A program made the position numbers and the translations under genes. Shown here piece after piece: positions 38,962-47,430 of a stretch of 64,000 nucleotides of DNA. This DNA comes from Candidatus Latescibacterota bacterium (GTDB lineage: Bacteria > Latescibacterota > UBA2968 > UBA8231): the NCBI GenBank assembly GCA_965217585.1, contig OZ244561.1, forward strand, positions 608,001 through 672,000, in the 5' to 3' direction. The notes beneath the pieces were generated by a model. It ran no database searches, was not told the DNA's origin, and saw only the letters and a list, made by a program, of their open reading frames with translations. Numbering within the stretch: position 1 is the stretch's first letter; every line of letters starts with the position of its first letter.

Positions 38962-40992
38962 GTGACCGATATGAGTGCATTGCCGCAGATCACCGCGACC
39001 CGGGTGGGTGCGCCGCCGGCCTGGGCCCTACTAGAGCGCAATCTCATCGCCCAGATGGAGGAGGGAGCTCGGTTCAGGTTTCGCCAGTGTACGGAGCGCG
39101 GTGGGGCCATCCTCTACGCCGAGGATTTCGACGATCTCTTCGAGCAATTCTACAACTGGGGCCTGTTCTACGCCATGGGGGCGGACGATAGCTTGCTCGA
39201 GATGGCGGCGACGGCGTGGAACGCGACAGTCCGAATCAGCGATGAGAACATCGTCCATCGCACCCGGTTTAACGACCACAAGAAGGTCTTCCGGCCCTCG
39301 GCCCGGCGGGAGTTCTGGAATATCGAGCAGGCCATGGAGTGGCATCATCTGGGGGAGGGCATGATGGCCTTCTACGACTTCGGCGTCGCCGACCCGACGA
39401 TCTCGGAGATGGCCCGGCGCACCCAGCTATTCGCCGGATTCTACACGGGCGAGGATCCGGAGGCACCCAACTACGATCCAGAGCACAAAATTCTGCGGTC
39501 CCCCTTCCAGTCGAGCGAGGGGCCGTTGCAGGAAGTGGGGGCCGAGACCGCACACGCCATGCTCCTCGCGGGGCGCTGGCTGGGCAGCGAGGTCAACTAC
39601 TACGGCGTCCGCGCCAGTCTCTACCCGATCGTGGAAGACCTCGAGCTCGACTGGTGGGAGGACCCGGCGCGACGGGAGGAGATCGTCGACCTGTTCAACA
39701 AGCTGATTCTGCAGTCGGACACACCCAACAACCTAGGCGCCACGGCGCTGGTGACCCACGCCTACCTGTACACGGGGGACGAGAAGTACAAACGCTGGGT
39801 GCTGGAGTACACCGAGGCGTGGATGGAGCGGGCCGCGCAGAACGGCGGCATCATGCCCGATAACGTGGGACCCAACGGCATCATCGGCGAGCGTCGCAAC
39901 GGCAACTTCTGGGGCGGCCAGTACGGTTGGAACCACTATCAGGGCTTCAACATCATGTTTCACAGCCTCAACATCGCCGCCGAATGCGCCCTGCTGCTGA
40001 CCGGCGACTTCGGCTACCTCGATCTGCTCCGCGATCAGGTCAAAATCCTCCTCGATGCCTCCATCAAGAGAGAGGACGGTCAGCTAATTATGCCGACGCG
40101 CTACGGACCCTCTGGCTGGCAGTACGACCCACCCCTGCCGCGGCGGGAAGACACGATCGTGCCGATGCGCCACGTTTACACCGGTCCGATTCCCTGGCGT
40201 ATGCAGGAGTTGGCCCACCTGTACCACGCCTCCATGGCGCGGGAGGACTACGAGCTGATCGAGCAGGTGCGCGAGGGGGAGGTCGAGCGCGACTGGAATT
40301 CCGTTGGCGCGGTTGCCGGCGAAAAGAACGGGGGACAGACCGAGTTCGCCCGGTTCCAGTACTACGACGGCAAGAACCCGGAGTGGCCCGAGAAGATCCT
40401 AGCGGCCGAGTCGGAGTGGTCAATGCAGGCCATTAACCGGATGCGCAAGGACCAGCGCACCGCGATCGAAAGACTGCAGGAAAACGCCATTCCCGAGAAC
40501 CCGGTCTTTACCAAGGGCCTGACCCAAGTGACGATGGGGGGGCCCCAGTCCATCTACAACGGCGGGCTGCTGCGCGCCACGGTTCGCTACTACGACCGAG
40601 ACCAGCAGCGTCCCGGGTTACCTCCCGACGTCGCCGCCCTCGTCGACCATCTCGCAGCCGACGCCGTGGGGGTCCAGCTCGTGAACTGCAGCCGTGAAGA
40701 GGAGCGACGGTTGATCGTGCAGGCGGGTACCTTCGGGGAGCACACCTTCACGGAGGTGAGGACGGAGAATGGCGAGGGGACGGCACCGGCCACAACGCAC
40801 GTAAACGGCCGGTATGTCGCCGTCAATCTGCCGCCCGCGACGCAGGTGAGCCTCAACGCCGGTCTCTCCCGGTTCAGCAACAAGCCGAGTTACGCTTTCC
40901 CTTGGCACGGCGGTGAGATCCCGATCCCGTTTCCCGTAAACGCGGGTGCAACCGGCAGATCGGGTTCAGCATACGTGGCGCCGTCTCGTTGA
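38962..40992 (+). CDS. uncharacterised ~676-aa protein (paralogue of 33303-35333)
   Basis: AGGAGG RBS, shared motifs. Confidence 0.88.
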   Translation: MTDMSALPQITATRVGAPPAWALLERNLIAQMEEGARFRFRQCTERGGAILYAEDFDDLFEQFYNWGLFYAMGADDSLLEMAATAWNATVRISDENIVHRTRFNDHKKVFRPSARREFWNIEQAMEWHHLGEGMMAFYDFGVADPTISEMARRTQLFAGFYTGEDPEAPNYDPEHKILRSPFQSSEGPLQEVGAETAHAMLLAGRWLGSEVNYYGVRASLYPIVEDLELDWWEDPARREEIVDLFNKLILQSDTPNNLGATALVTHAYLYTGDEKYKRWVLEYTEAWMERAAQNGGIMPDNVGPNGIIGERRNGNFWGGQYGWNHYQGFNIMFHSLNIAAECALLLTGDFGYLDLLRDQVKILLDASIKREDGQLIMPTRYGPSGWQYDPPLPRREDTIVPMRHVYTGPIPWRMQELAHLYHASMAREDYELIEQVREGEVERDWNSVGAVAGEKNGGQTEFARFQYYDGKNPEWPEKILAAESEWSMQAINRMRKDQRTAIERLQENAIPENPVFTKGLTQVTMGGPQSIYNGGLLRATVRYYDRDQQRPGLPPDVAALVDHLAADAVGVQLVNCSREEERRLIVQAGTFGEHTFTEVRTENGEGTAPATTHVNGRYVAVNLPPATQVSLNAGLSRFSNKPSYAFPWHGGEIPIPFPVNAGATGRSGSAYVAPSR

Positions 40993-41010
40993 ACAGCGCC
41001 AGCCGGCGTC

Positions 41011-42183
41011 CTAGGCCGAGGCCAGCACCCGCACGACGTTTTCCCCCATGATCTTGGCCGCGTCCGTCTCGGAATAGCCATGGTCGATCAACGCCGCGGT
41101 GTACTCCTTCCACTGCGGCACACTTTGTGCATGGGAGGAAAGGCCGACATGGTCGATTCCCGCCGCGTTGATTACATGGTCTATGGTGGCTAAGTCGAGC
41201 TTGGTGCCCCAGATCTCCGCGTCGGCCAACTTGGCCTGGGCACGCTCGAACGGGTCGGGGTAGCGCCGGTGCAGGGCGTCGTCGCGCTTGCGCCGGGCCT
41301 CGTGTCGTTCGCGAGGAGTTCGCGGCGTCGGCGCCAAGACGCAGACCACGCCTCCGCCATCTGCTACTTCCCGCATCAGGTCGTCCGGCATGTCGCGCAG
41401 ACTCCGGCTGAGAGCCCGGGCTTTGGTGTGGGTGGCTATCATCGGCTTCGTCGCCACTGTTAGGGCATCTCTGCAGGTGTAGTCGGAGCAGTGCGCCAAG
41501 TCGACGAGCATACCGAGTTCGTTGCAGGTGCGGATCACGTCGCGCCCAAAGTCGGTCAAGCCGGGGGGATCGTTCAACTCGGCGCTGGAGTCGGCCCAAG
41601 AGGGCGCGCTCAGGTGGCTGGGGCACATGACCCGTATGCCCTCGCGGTAAAACTCGCGGAGCACGTCGAGACGGTCCGCGATAAAGCCGCTCACCAGCAT
41701 CAGCACCATCGCGATCCTGCCGTCGGCGACGATCCTAGAGACGTCATCGCCGGAGCAGGCGACCTCGACGTAGTCCCCGTAGGCCGCGGCGAACTGCTTG
41801 TGCTCTTCGAGGTTCATCACCACGCGCTCGAGGAGCTCCTCGCCTTCAAAGAATGGCTTCCACTGCTTGGACCCGCGAGTCGGTTCGGTTAGGGAATCGA
41901 ACTCCGGCGTCTCGGCTACGTACTGTTCCTCCACCCCGAACGCTTGGATGACCACGTCGATGCGTCCGCGGATGTTCTCCGCTAGATCTACCACAGCCGA
42001 GTAGGCGTCGACCACGGTGAGCTGCCGATGGAGTTGGTCGTACGGGCCGTGATCGAAGCGGTCATCGAGAACGCAGTGGGTCGACGCGTCCAGCCGGCCG
42101 ATCTTTTGGCCGATCGGCAGGCCCAGCCTCTCGGTCTCGCGGCTTTCGACGTACTTAGTGCCTATGTCAGGTCGCCTAGTCAT
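41011..42183 (-). CDS. membrane dipeptidase (M19)-like protein
   Basis: GLTDFGRDVI...GMLVDLAH, ATH, IDHVG, IMGEN..RV. Confidence 0.82.
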   Translation of the reverse strand: MTRRPDIGTKYVESRETERLGLPIGQKIGRLDASTHCVLDDRFDHGPYDQLHRQLTVVDAYSAVVDLAENIRGRIDVVIQAFGVEEQYVAETPEFDSLTEPTRGSKQWKPFFEGEELLERVVMNLEEHKQFAAAYGDYVEVACSGDDVSRIVADGRIAMVLMLVSGFIADRLDVLREFYREGIRVMCPSHLSAPSWADSSAELNDPPGLTDFGRDVIRTCNELGMLVDLAHCSDYTCRDALTVATKPMIATHTKARALSRSLRDMPDDLMREVADGGGVVCVLAPTPRTPRERHEARRKRDDALHRRYPDPFERAQAKLADAEIWGTKLDLATIDHVINAAGIDHVGLSSHAQSVPQWKEYTAALIDHGYSETDAAKIMGENVVRVLASA

Positions 42184-42443
42184 CCCGATCACCGACGGGC
42201 AGATGGCCGATAAAGTATGCCGCGGCAGGTACGGCTACGCAGCCTCGCGGCTAGGACGGCCCACCGCTTTCGTTGTTGACTGCCTGCACCAGCGCCCGCA
42301 TATAGGCGATGGAGTACGCGACGCCCACGCGACTTCCTCCGATTATCTCGGGGATATGGTCGGGGATGATGGCCCCGTCGAACTCAACGGCGCGCTGGCG
42401 TACAAGCCGGGGACAGCGCGCAGTGCGTAGGGTCTGTTGGCGG

Positions 42444-43232
42444 TCATGGCGTGCCTTCCTTTATCAGTTCTGAGACCGGCTGCGACCTTTCCCAGCGCAG
42501 CGCGATCTCTTGGTCAATGCCGCAAAGCCAGTGCCAAGTGCGGATGCGCCGCACCCGGTCGCGGTAGGATTCGACTTCGGTCGCGTAGGGCAGGCGCGGA
42601 CGATCGCGGTAGGGGGGAATCTCCGCCCCATCGCAGAGCCAGTCTCGCTGTGGCGCGGCCATGCGGTGGTAGGAAAACTTGATCATGCTGCGGGCGCGGT
42701 CGTTGGTTTTGGGGCCGGCCTTGTGCCAGATGCCATAACGGGTCAGCACCACGGTGCCGGCCGGCACCGTCAGCGAGACTTGGCCGCGGATATCGCCGTA
42801 GTGGGCGATGGCTTCGCGATCGACGGCGCGGCAATGCGAGCCGGGCAGAACCATAGTCGGCCCGTCGGCGAGCGCGACGCTGTGCGGGTAGTAGTAGCAC
42901 TGGAGCTCGACGACATCGTAGCCGCTGCCCGAAAGCCCGTCCGAATGCCAGGTCTGGCCGAAGTGCGGCTCCTTGAAAAAGTGGTGGTGGCCGCCTCGGG
43001 GCACCAAGAAGTCCTCGCCCAAAAGCGAGCGTGCAACCCCGGCGACTTGGGGATGCAGGAGCACCTGGTGAGTGAAGTCGTCCCCAGCGATAAAGGCGTC
43101 GCAATTGCCGGGGGCGAGGTCGTCGCAGCAGCGATTGAAGCGCTCGTTGATGGCGCTTTCGAGGACGACCAAGCCGGAGGCGACAAAGTCCATGACGCCG
43201 TCGTCGTCTAGCGTCGGTCTAATTGGGGACAT
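42444..43232 (-). CDS. PhyH-like Fe(II)/2OG dioxygenase
   Basis: WHSD, GPT.VLPGSH, IWH. Confidence 0.82.
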   Translation of the reverse strand: MSPIRPTLDDDGVMDFVASGLVVLESAINERFNRCCDDLAPGNCDAFIAGDDFTHQVLLHPQVAGVARSLLGEDFLVPRGGHHHFFKEPHFGQTWHSDGLSGSGYDVVELQCYYYPHSVALADGPTMVLPGSHCRAVDREAIAHYGDIRGQVSLTVPAGTVVLTRYGIWHKAGPKTNDRARSMIKFSYHRMAAPQRDWLCDGAEIPPYRDRPRLPYATEVESYRDRVRRIRTWHWLCGIDQEIALRWERSQPVSELIKEGTP

Positions 43233-43240
43233 AGTTTCTC

Positions 43241-43600
43241 CTAAACGAATTTTTCGAGCACGAACTCATAGCCGAGGTAGTCGTTGTCCTGGCCCTCGTA
43301 CGCGTAGAGCTTGGCGATGGGAAACTGTACCACGCGCCAGCCATCGGCCACGGCCGCGAGCACCGACTCATAGGGCGGTTCGTCTCGGGGCAGGGTCGGC
43401 ATTTGCGGCTGGGTAGCGTCGTACAAGGCCCAGCTAGCGAGCGGCGAGCGCATATTGGTCGATTTGGCGTAGAGGTAGAGGACCTGCTGGCGAGGCTCGG
43501 CGAGCAAGGCACCGAGGCGGTCGAGATCCGCGGCGGTAATCGCCTCGGTGCGGAGCTTGTCCCGGCAGTGTGCCAACCAGTCTTTTACAGCTTCGTGCAT
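43241..43600 (-). CDS. hypothetical protein
   Basis: ORF with RBS; PYESVLAAVADGWRVVQFP. Confidence 0.7.
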   Translation of the reverse strand: MHEAVKDWLAHCRDKLRTEAITAADLDRLGALLAEPRQQVLYLYAKSTNMRSPLASWALYDATQPQMPTLPRDEPPYESVLAAVADGWRVVQFPIAKLYAYEGQDNDYLGYEFVLEKFV

Positions 43601-43671
43601 ATAGGCTCCTGATAGCGTCGGCGGCATAAGAAAGCGTCCCCATTTAGCGCGGTCAACAAGCGGCGGGGTGC

Positions 43672-44694
43672 CTAGTAATCAACCACCACTTTTATGGTTT
43701 GAGGCTGGAGCGCTGCGTCGAAACCGGCGACCAAGTCGGGAAAGGTGACGCACTGCGAGATGAGGGGGTCGAGGTCTAACTGCCGCCGCGCCAACAGATC
43801 GAGGGCTTGGGAAAATACGTGGGCAAAGCGGAAGGAGCCGCGGACGGTCAATTCCTTTTGCATGACCAAGTTGACCGGCAGTTCAATCGGGCCGCCCTGG
43901 ACGCCCAACTGCACGATGGTGCCACCGGCCTTGCAGTGCGCGTACGCGGCTTGCAGGGCGGCCGGAGCACCGGAGGCTTCCATGACCACATCGCTGCCCG
44001 CGCTCGCTGCCCGCGCCATGGCCGCCGGATCGTCGGCGCGCACGGGCTGATCGGCCCACAGCGACGACGCCAAGTCGAGTGCACTTTGGCGAATATCGCT
44101 GACGGCGAGATGGGCCGCTCCGTAGTGCCGAGCGACTAGGCCGATGAGCTGGCCGATGGGACCAGCACCGGTCACCAGTACGCGCTTGCCAGCAATGCCC
44201 CCCGCTTGGCCGACGCCGTGGACGGCAATGGATAGCGGTTCAAGTAGGGCCGCTTGACGATAGTCCATTGCGGCAGGCAGCGGATGGCAGTTGTGCGCAT
44301 GGACTTGCACGTATTCGCGGAACGAGCCGTCTTGGGGTGGGCTACAGGCAGCAGAGCCGAAGTAGCGCATCTGCGGGCAGAGGTTGTAGCGGCCCTGACG
44401 GCAGTGAGCGCATCTGCGGCAGGGGTGGGACGGGTCAATGGCCACTCGGCTGCCCATCGGCAGCACGTCTGCGAAAGCCCCCGCATCGACGACTTCCCCG
44501 GCCGACTCGTGCCCGAGGACAAAGGGGCGCTCCGGGACGAAATCGCCGTTTCTGCCGTGTACATAGTAATGCAGGTCCGAGCCACAGATGCCAGTGGCGC
44601 GAATCTGCACCAAGACCTCGTCTGCGGCGATCTGCGGCCGGTCGATTTCCGCGGCTCGCAGGTCGCGAGCGCCGTGTAGGTAAAAGGCTCGCAT
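43672..44694 (-). CDS. zinc-dependent dehydrogenase (L-idonate 5-dehydrogenase-like)
   Basis: GICGSDLHY, GHE, four-Cys Zn site, GAGPIG, GSFRF. Confidence 0.9.
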   Translation of the reverse strand: MRAFYLHGARDLRAAEIDRPQIAADEVLVQIRATGICGSDLHYYVHGRNGDFVPERPFVLGHESAGEVVDAGAFADVLPMGSRVAIDPSHPCRRCAHCRQGRYNLCPQMRYFGSAACSPPQDGSFREYVQVHAHNCHPLPAAMDYRQAALLEPLSIAVHGVGQAGGIAGKRVLVTGAGPIGQLIGLVARHYGAAHLAVSDIRQSALDLASSLWADQPVRADDPAAMARAASAGSDVVMEASGAPAALQAAYAHCKAGGTIVQLGVQGGPIELPVNLVMQKELTVRGSFRFAHVFSQALDLLARRQLDLDPLISQCVTFPDLVAGFDAALQPQTIKVVVDY

Positions 44695-44830
44695 GAAGCG
44701 GATAGTAGCGGCCAAAATAAGGCGCGTCAAGGGAAAGAGCTAGCCATGGCGAAAGTTGCCTGCCGCAGGCGTTGTGCGTACTGTGCAGGCACCCTGTTAA
44801 CAGCTCATCCCATCAGAAAGGGGACCTGCC

Positions 44831-45802
44831 GTGAAACTCGGCCTCAAGTTCAGCCTCGACGCGCTCAGCAAAGAAAACCTGCAATTCGCCCAACAGATGG
44901 GCGTCACGCACATCGTCGTCCACAGCCCCCGCCTCGGCAACGAGGGCGTCCTCGATTACTTCGAATTGTTGCGGATGAAAAAATTCATCGACTCGTTCGG
45001 CTTGGAGCTGTGCGCCATCGAGAACTTGCCCGGCGACCACATGCACCCCATCACCCACGCGACGCCAGAGCGCGACGCCCAGTTGGCGAAAGTTTGCACA
45101 TCCATTGAAAACATGGGGAAAATCGGCATCCCGGTCCTCGGCTACTACTTCAGCTTGGCCGGCGTCTCCGGCCACTGGCGCGCGTACGACAGTGGCGGCG
45201 GACGCGGTGGGGCTGGACTTAAAAGCTTCGATTACAGCTTAGTCAAGGACGCGCCGCCGATTGTTGATGAGTCGGTCTCGGTCGCCGAGATGTGGGAGCG
45301 ATTGGCCTATTTTCTCGAACGAGTAGTGCCCGTCGCCGAAAACGCCGGGGTCAAACTCGCCGCCCACCAAGACGACCCCCCGGCCGAAACCCTCTTCGGC
45401 ACGGGGCGGCTCTTGACCAACCACGACGCCATGCAGCGGTTGATTGACCTCGTGCCCAGTCCTAGCAATGGGCTGGAGTTTTGTCAGGGAACGGTGGCAG
45501 AAATGGGGCCGGACGAGACGATCTCAGCCGTGCGCCGCTTCGCCGCACAGGGCAAGATATTCTACGTGCATTTCCGCAATGTGCGCGGCGGCTTCCCCAA
45601 ATTCGACGAGGTCTTTATCGACGAGGGAGACGTCAACATGATCGCCGCGCTCAAAGCCTATCGCGACGCTGACTACGACGGAATCATCACGCCCGACCAC
45701 ACGCCCCGCGTAATCGGCGACGAGCCGTACGGACACCGGGGTCGAGCTTTCGCCCTAGGGTACATTCGCGCCGGAATGCAGGCGCTGGAATTGCTGGATT
45801 AG
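44831..45802 (+). CDS. uxuA: mannonate dehydratase family protein
   Basis: HQDDPP, FCQGT, HFRNV, PDH. Confidence 0.85.
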   Translation: MKLGLKFSLDALSKENLQFAQQMGVTHIVVHSPRLGNEGVLDYFELLRMKKFIDSFGLELCAIENLPGDHMHPITHATPERDAQLAKVCTSIENMGKIGIPVLGYYFSLAGVSGHWRAYDSGGGRGGAGLKSFDYSLVKDAPPIVDESVSVAEMWERLAYFLERVVPVAENAGVKLAAHQDDPPAETLFGTGRLLTNHDAMQRLIDLVPSPSNGLEFCQGTVAEMGPDETISAVRRFAAQGKIFYVHFRNVRGGFPKFDEVFIDEGDVNMIAALKAYRDADYDGIITPDHTPRVIGDEPYGHRGRAFALGYIRAGMQALELLD

Positions 45803-45823
45803 TGGGAAGGGGTGAGGGTCTAG

Positions 45824-45911
45824 TGGTGCCGAGGGCCGGACTCGAACCGGCACGTCCTAAGCGGACAGTGGATTTTAAGTCCACCGCGTCTACCAATTCC
45901 GCCACCCCGGC
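45824..45911 (-). tRNA. tRNA-Leu(TAA)
   Basis: long variable arm, anticodon TAA, CCA. Confidence 0.97.
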
Positions 45912-45926
45912 GCACAGATAAAAAAA

Positions 45927-46000
45927 TGGAGGCGACGCCCGGAATCGAACCGGGGATAAGGGCTTTGCAGGCCCCTGCCTTACCACTTGGCCACGTCGCC
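45927..46000 (-). tRNA. tRNA-Cys(GCA)
   Basis: anticodon GCA, CCA. Confidence 0.97.
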
Positions 46001-46095
46001 TCAAACAAGGGTTTGAAGGTACGCGGCGGGTAGGCCCCTGTCAACCTGTCTGCCGCCCGCTTGCGCTATGTGTTCCGAGCCAAGAATAGGTTACA

Positions 46096-46128
46096 CCTCG
46101 ACCATGGAGCGACCAAAGCCGACCGCAC
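46096..46128 (+). repeat. 33-bp copy of the thyA 5' coding segment (46214-46246)
   Basis: LDHGATKADRT versus [11 protein letters not shown], 3 mismatches. Confidence 0.85.
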
Positions 46129-46136
46129 AAACGCCT

Positions 46137-46164
46137 TTGACACGGTGCGAAAAACCGCTAAAAT
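46137..46164 (+). promoter_or_regulatory. putative sigma70 promoter of thyA
   Basis: TTGACA, 16 bp, TAAAAT. Confidence 0.65.
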
Positions 46165-46181
46165 AAAAAAGAGCTTTCACC

Positions 46182-46973
46182 ATGCGACAATACCTCGACC
46201 TAGTAAGCCATTGCCTCGACCACGGCGCGGCCAAAGCCGACCGCACGGGTGTCGGCACCCTCGCCATCTTCGGCTATCAGATGCGCTTTGATCTCGCGGA
46301 TGATTTCCCCTGCCTGACCACCAAAAAGCTGCATTTGCGCTCCATCATCCACGAACTCTTGTGGTTCCTCAAGGGCGACACCAACACGGCCTATTTGCAA
46401 AAAGAAAACGTCAGCATCTGGGACGAATGGGCCGATGAAAACGGCGACCTCGGCCCCATCTACGGCAAGCAGTGGCGCGAGTGGTCAACCCCGGACGGCC
46501 CCATCGACCAAATTCAACGCGCCATTGATCTGATTAAGACTAATCCCGATTCACGCCGCATCCTCGTCAGCGCGTGGAACGTCAGCGAGTTGGAGCAAAT
46601 GGCCCTCATGCCCTGCCACTGCCTGTTCCAGTTTTTCGTCGCCCGCGGTCGGCTTTCCTGCCAGCTCTATCAACGCTCTTGCGACGTGGGGCTTGGCGTG
46701 CCGTTCAACATCGCCAGCTACAGCCTGCTGACCATGATGATGGCCCAAGTCTGCGGCTTGCAGCCCGGGGAATTCGTCTGGACCGGCGGCGACGTCCATA
46801 TCTATCAGAACCACATCGCCGCGCTGCGGCAACAACTCGCCCGCACCCCCCGGCCACAGCCGGTGATGACCATTAAAAATCGCGGCCAGTCGATTGCCGA
46901 CTTCCGCTACGACGACTTCAAACTGCTCAACTACCATCCCCATCCCTCCATCCCCATGGAAATCGCCGTCTGA
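46182..46973 (+). CDS. thyA: thymidylate synthase
   Basis: DRTGVGT, MALMPCH, YQRSCD.GLGVPFN. Confidence 0.98.
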   Translation: MRQYLDLVSHCLDHGAAKADRTGVGTLAIFGYQMRFDLADDFPCLTTKKLHLRSIIHELLWFLKGDTNTAYLQKENVSIWDEWADENGDLGPIYGKQWREWSTPDGPIDQIQRAIDLIKTNPDSRRILVSAWNVSELEQMALMPCHCLFQFFVARGRLSCQLYQRSCDVGLGVPFNIASYSLLTMMMAQVCGLQPGEFVWTGGDVHIYQNHIAALRQQLARTPRPQPVMTIKNRGQSIADFRYDDFKLLNYHPHPSIPMEIAV

Positions 46974-46982
46974 CGGGCCTGT

Positions 46983-47073
46983 TTGCACCGACCATGTCGT
47001 GCCCGTTGGGCGGGTGAAGCGGTCGGCGGATACAGCCTTGCACCGACCATTCAGTCGGCGGATACAGCCTTGC
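46983..47073. repeat. intergenic interleaved direct repeats
   Basis: gtcggcggatacagccttgc at 47022 and 47054; ttgcaccgaccat at 46983 and 47038. Confidence 0.85.
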
Positions 47074-47430
47074 TCAATCTTTGTTCAGGACCTTCACCTG
47101 CGGATGTGCAGCATCTATGGTCCAAGCCCCAATCTGCCCGTCCCCGTCCAAGTCGGCCCGCACCACCAACCAGAACCCATCGGTGACGGGCCATAACTCC
47201 CAAGCATGGCCCTCTACCCGCCACCAAGTGCGCCGCAACTTCTCGTCATTTGGGTCAAAGTAGCGGCCGTGCTCGGCAAAATAGGCATTTTCGACCAAGT
47301 AGAGTTGCTCTAACCGCGCCTCCAATTGGATCAAGCGCTGCTCATCAGGGGTCAAGCGAGAAAAATGCACAACCCCCAGCCCTATGAGCACCAAGACCAA
47401 AAGCGTCAACTCGATCAGTCTCAGCGGCAT
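47074..47430 (-). CDS. small pilin-like membrane protein
   Basis: LIEL plus hydrophobic helix, YFAEHGRY, ADLDGDG...WTID. Confidence 0.6.
   Translation of the reverse strand: MPLRLIELTLLVLVLIGLGVVHFSRLTPDEQRLIQLEARLEQLYLVENAYFAEHGRYFDPNDEKLRRTWWRVEGHAWELWPVTDGFWLVVRADLDGDGQIGAWTIDAAHPQVKVLNKD

Noticed and set aside
28386-46000. tRNA 3'-end duplications marking integrated elements
   Set aside because: No repeated tRNA 3' ends or adjacent integrases were seen for any of the five tRNAs.
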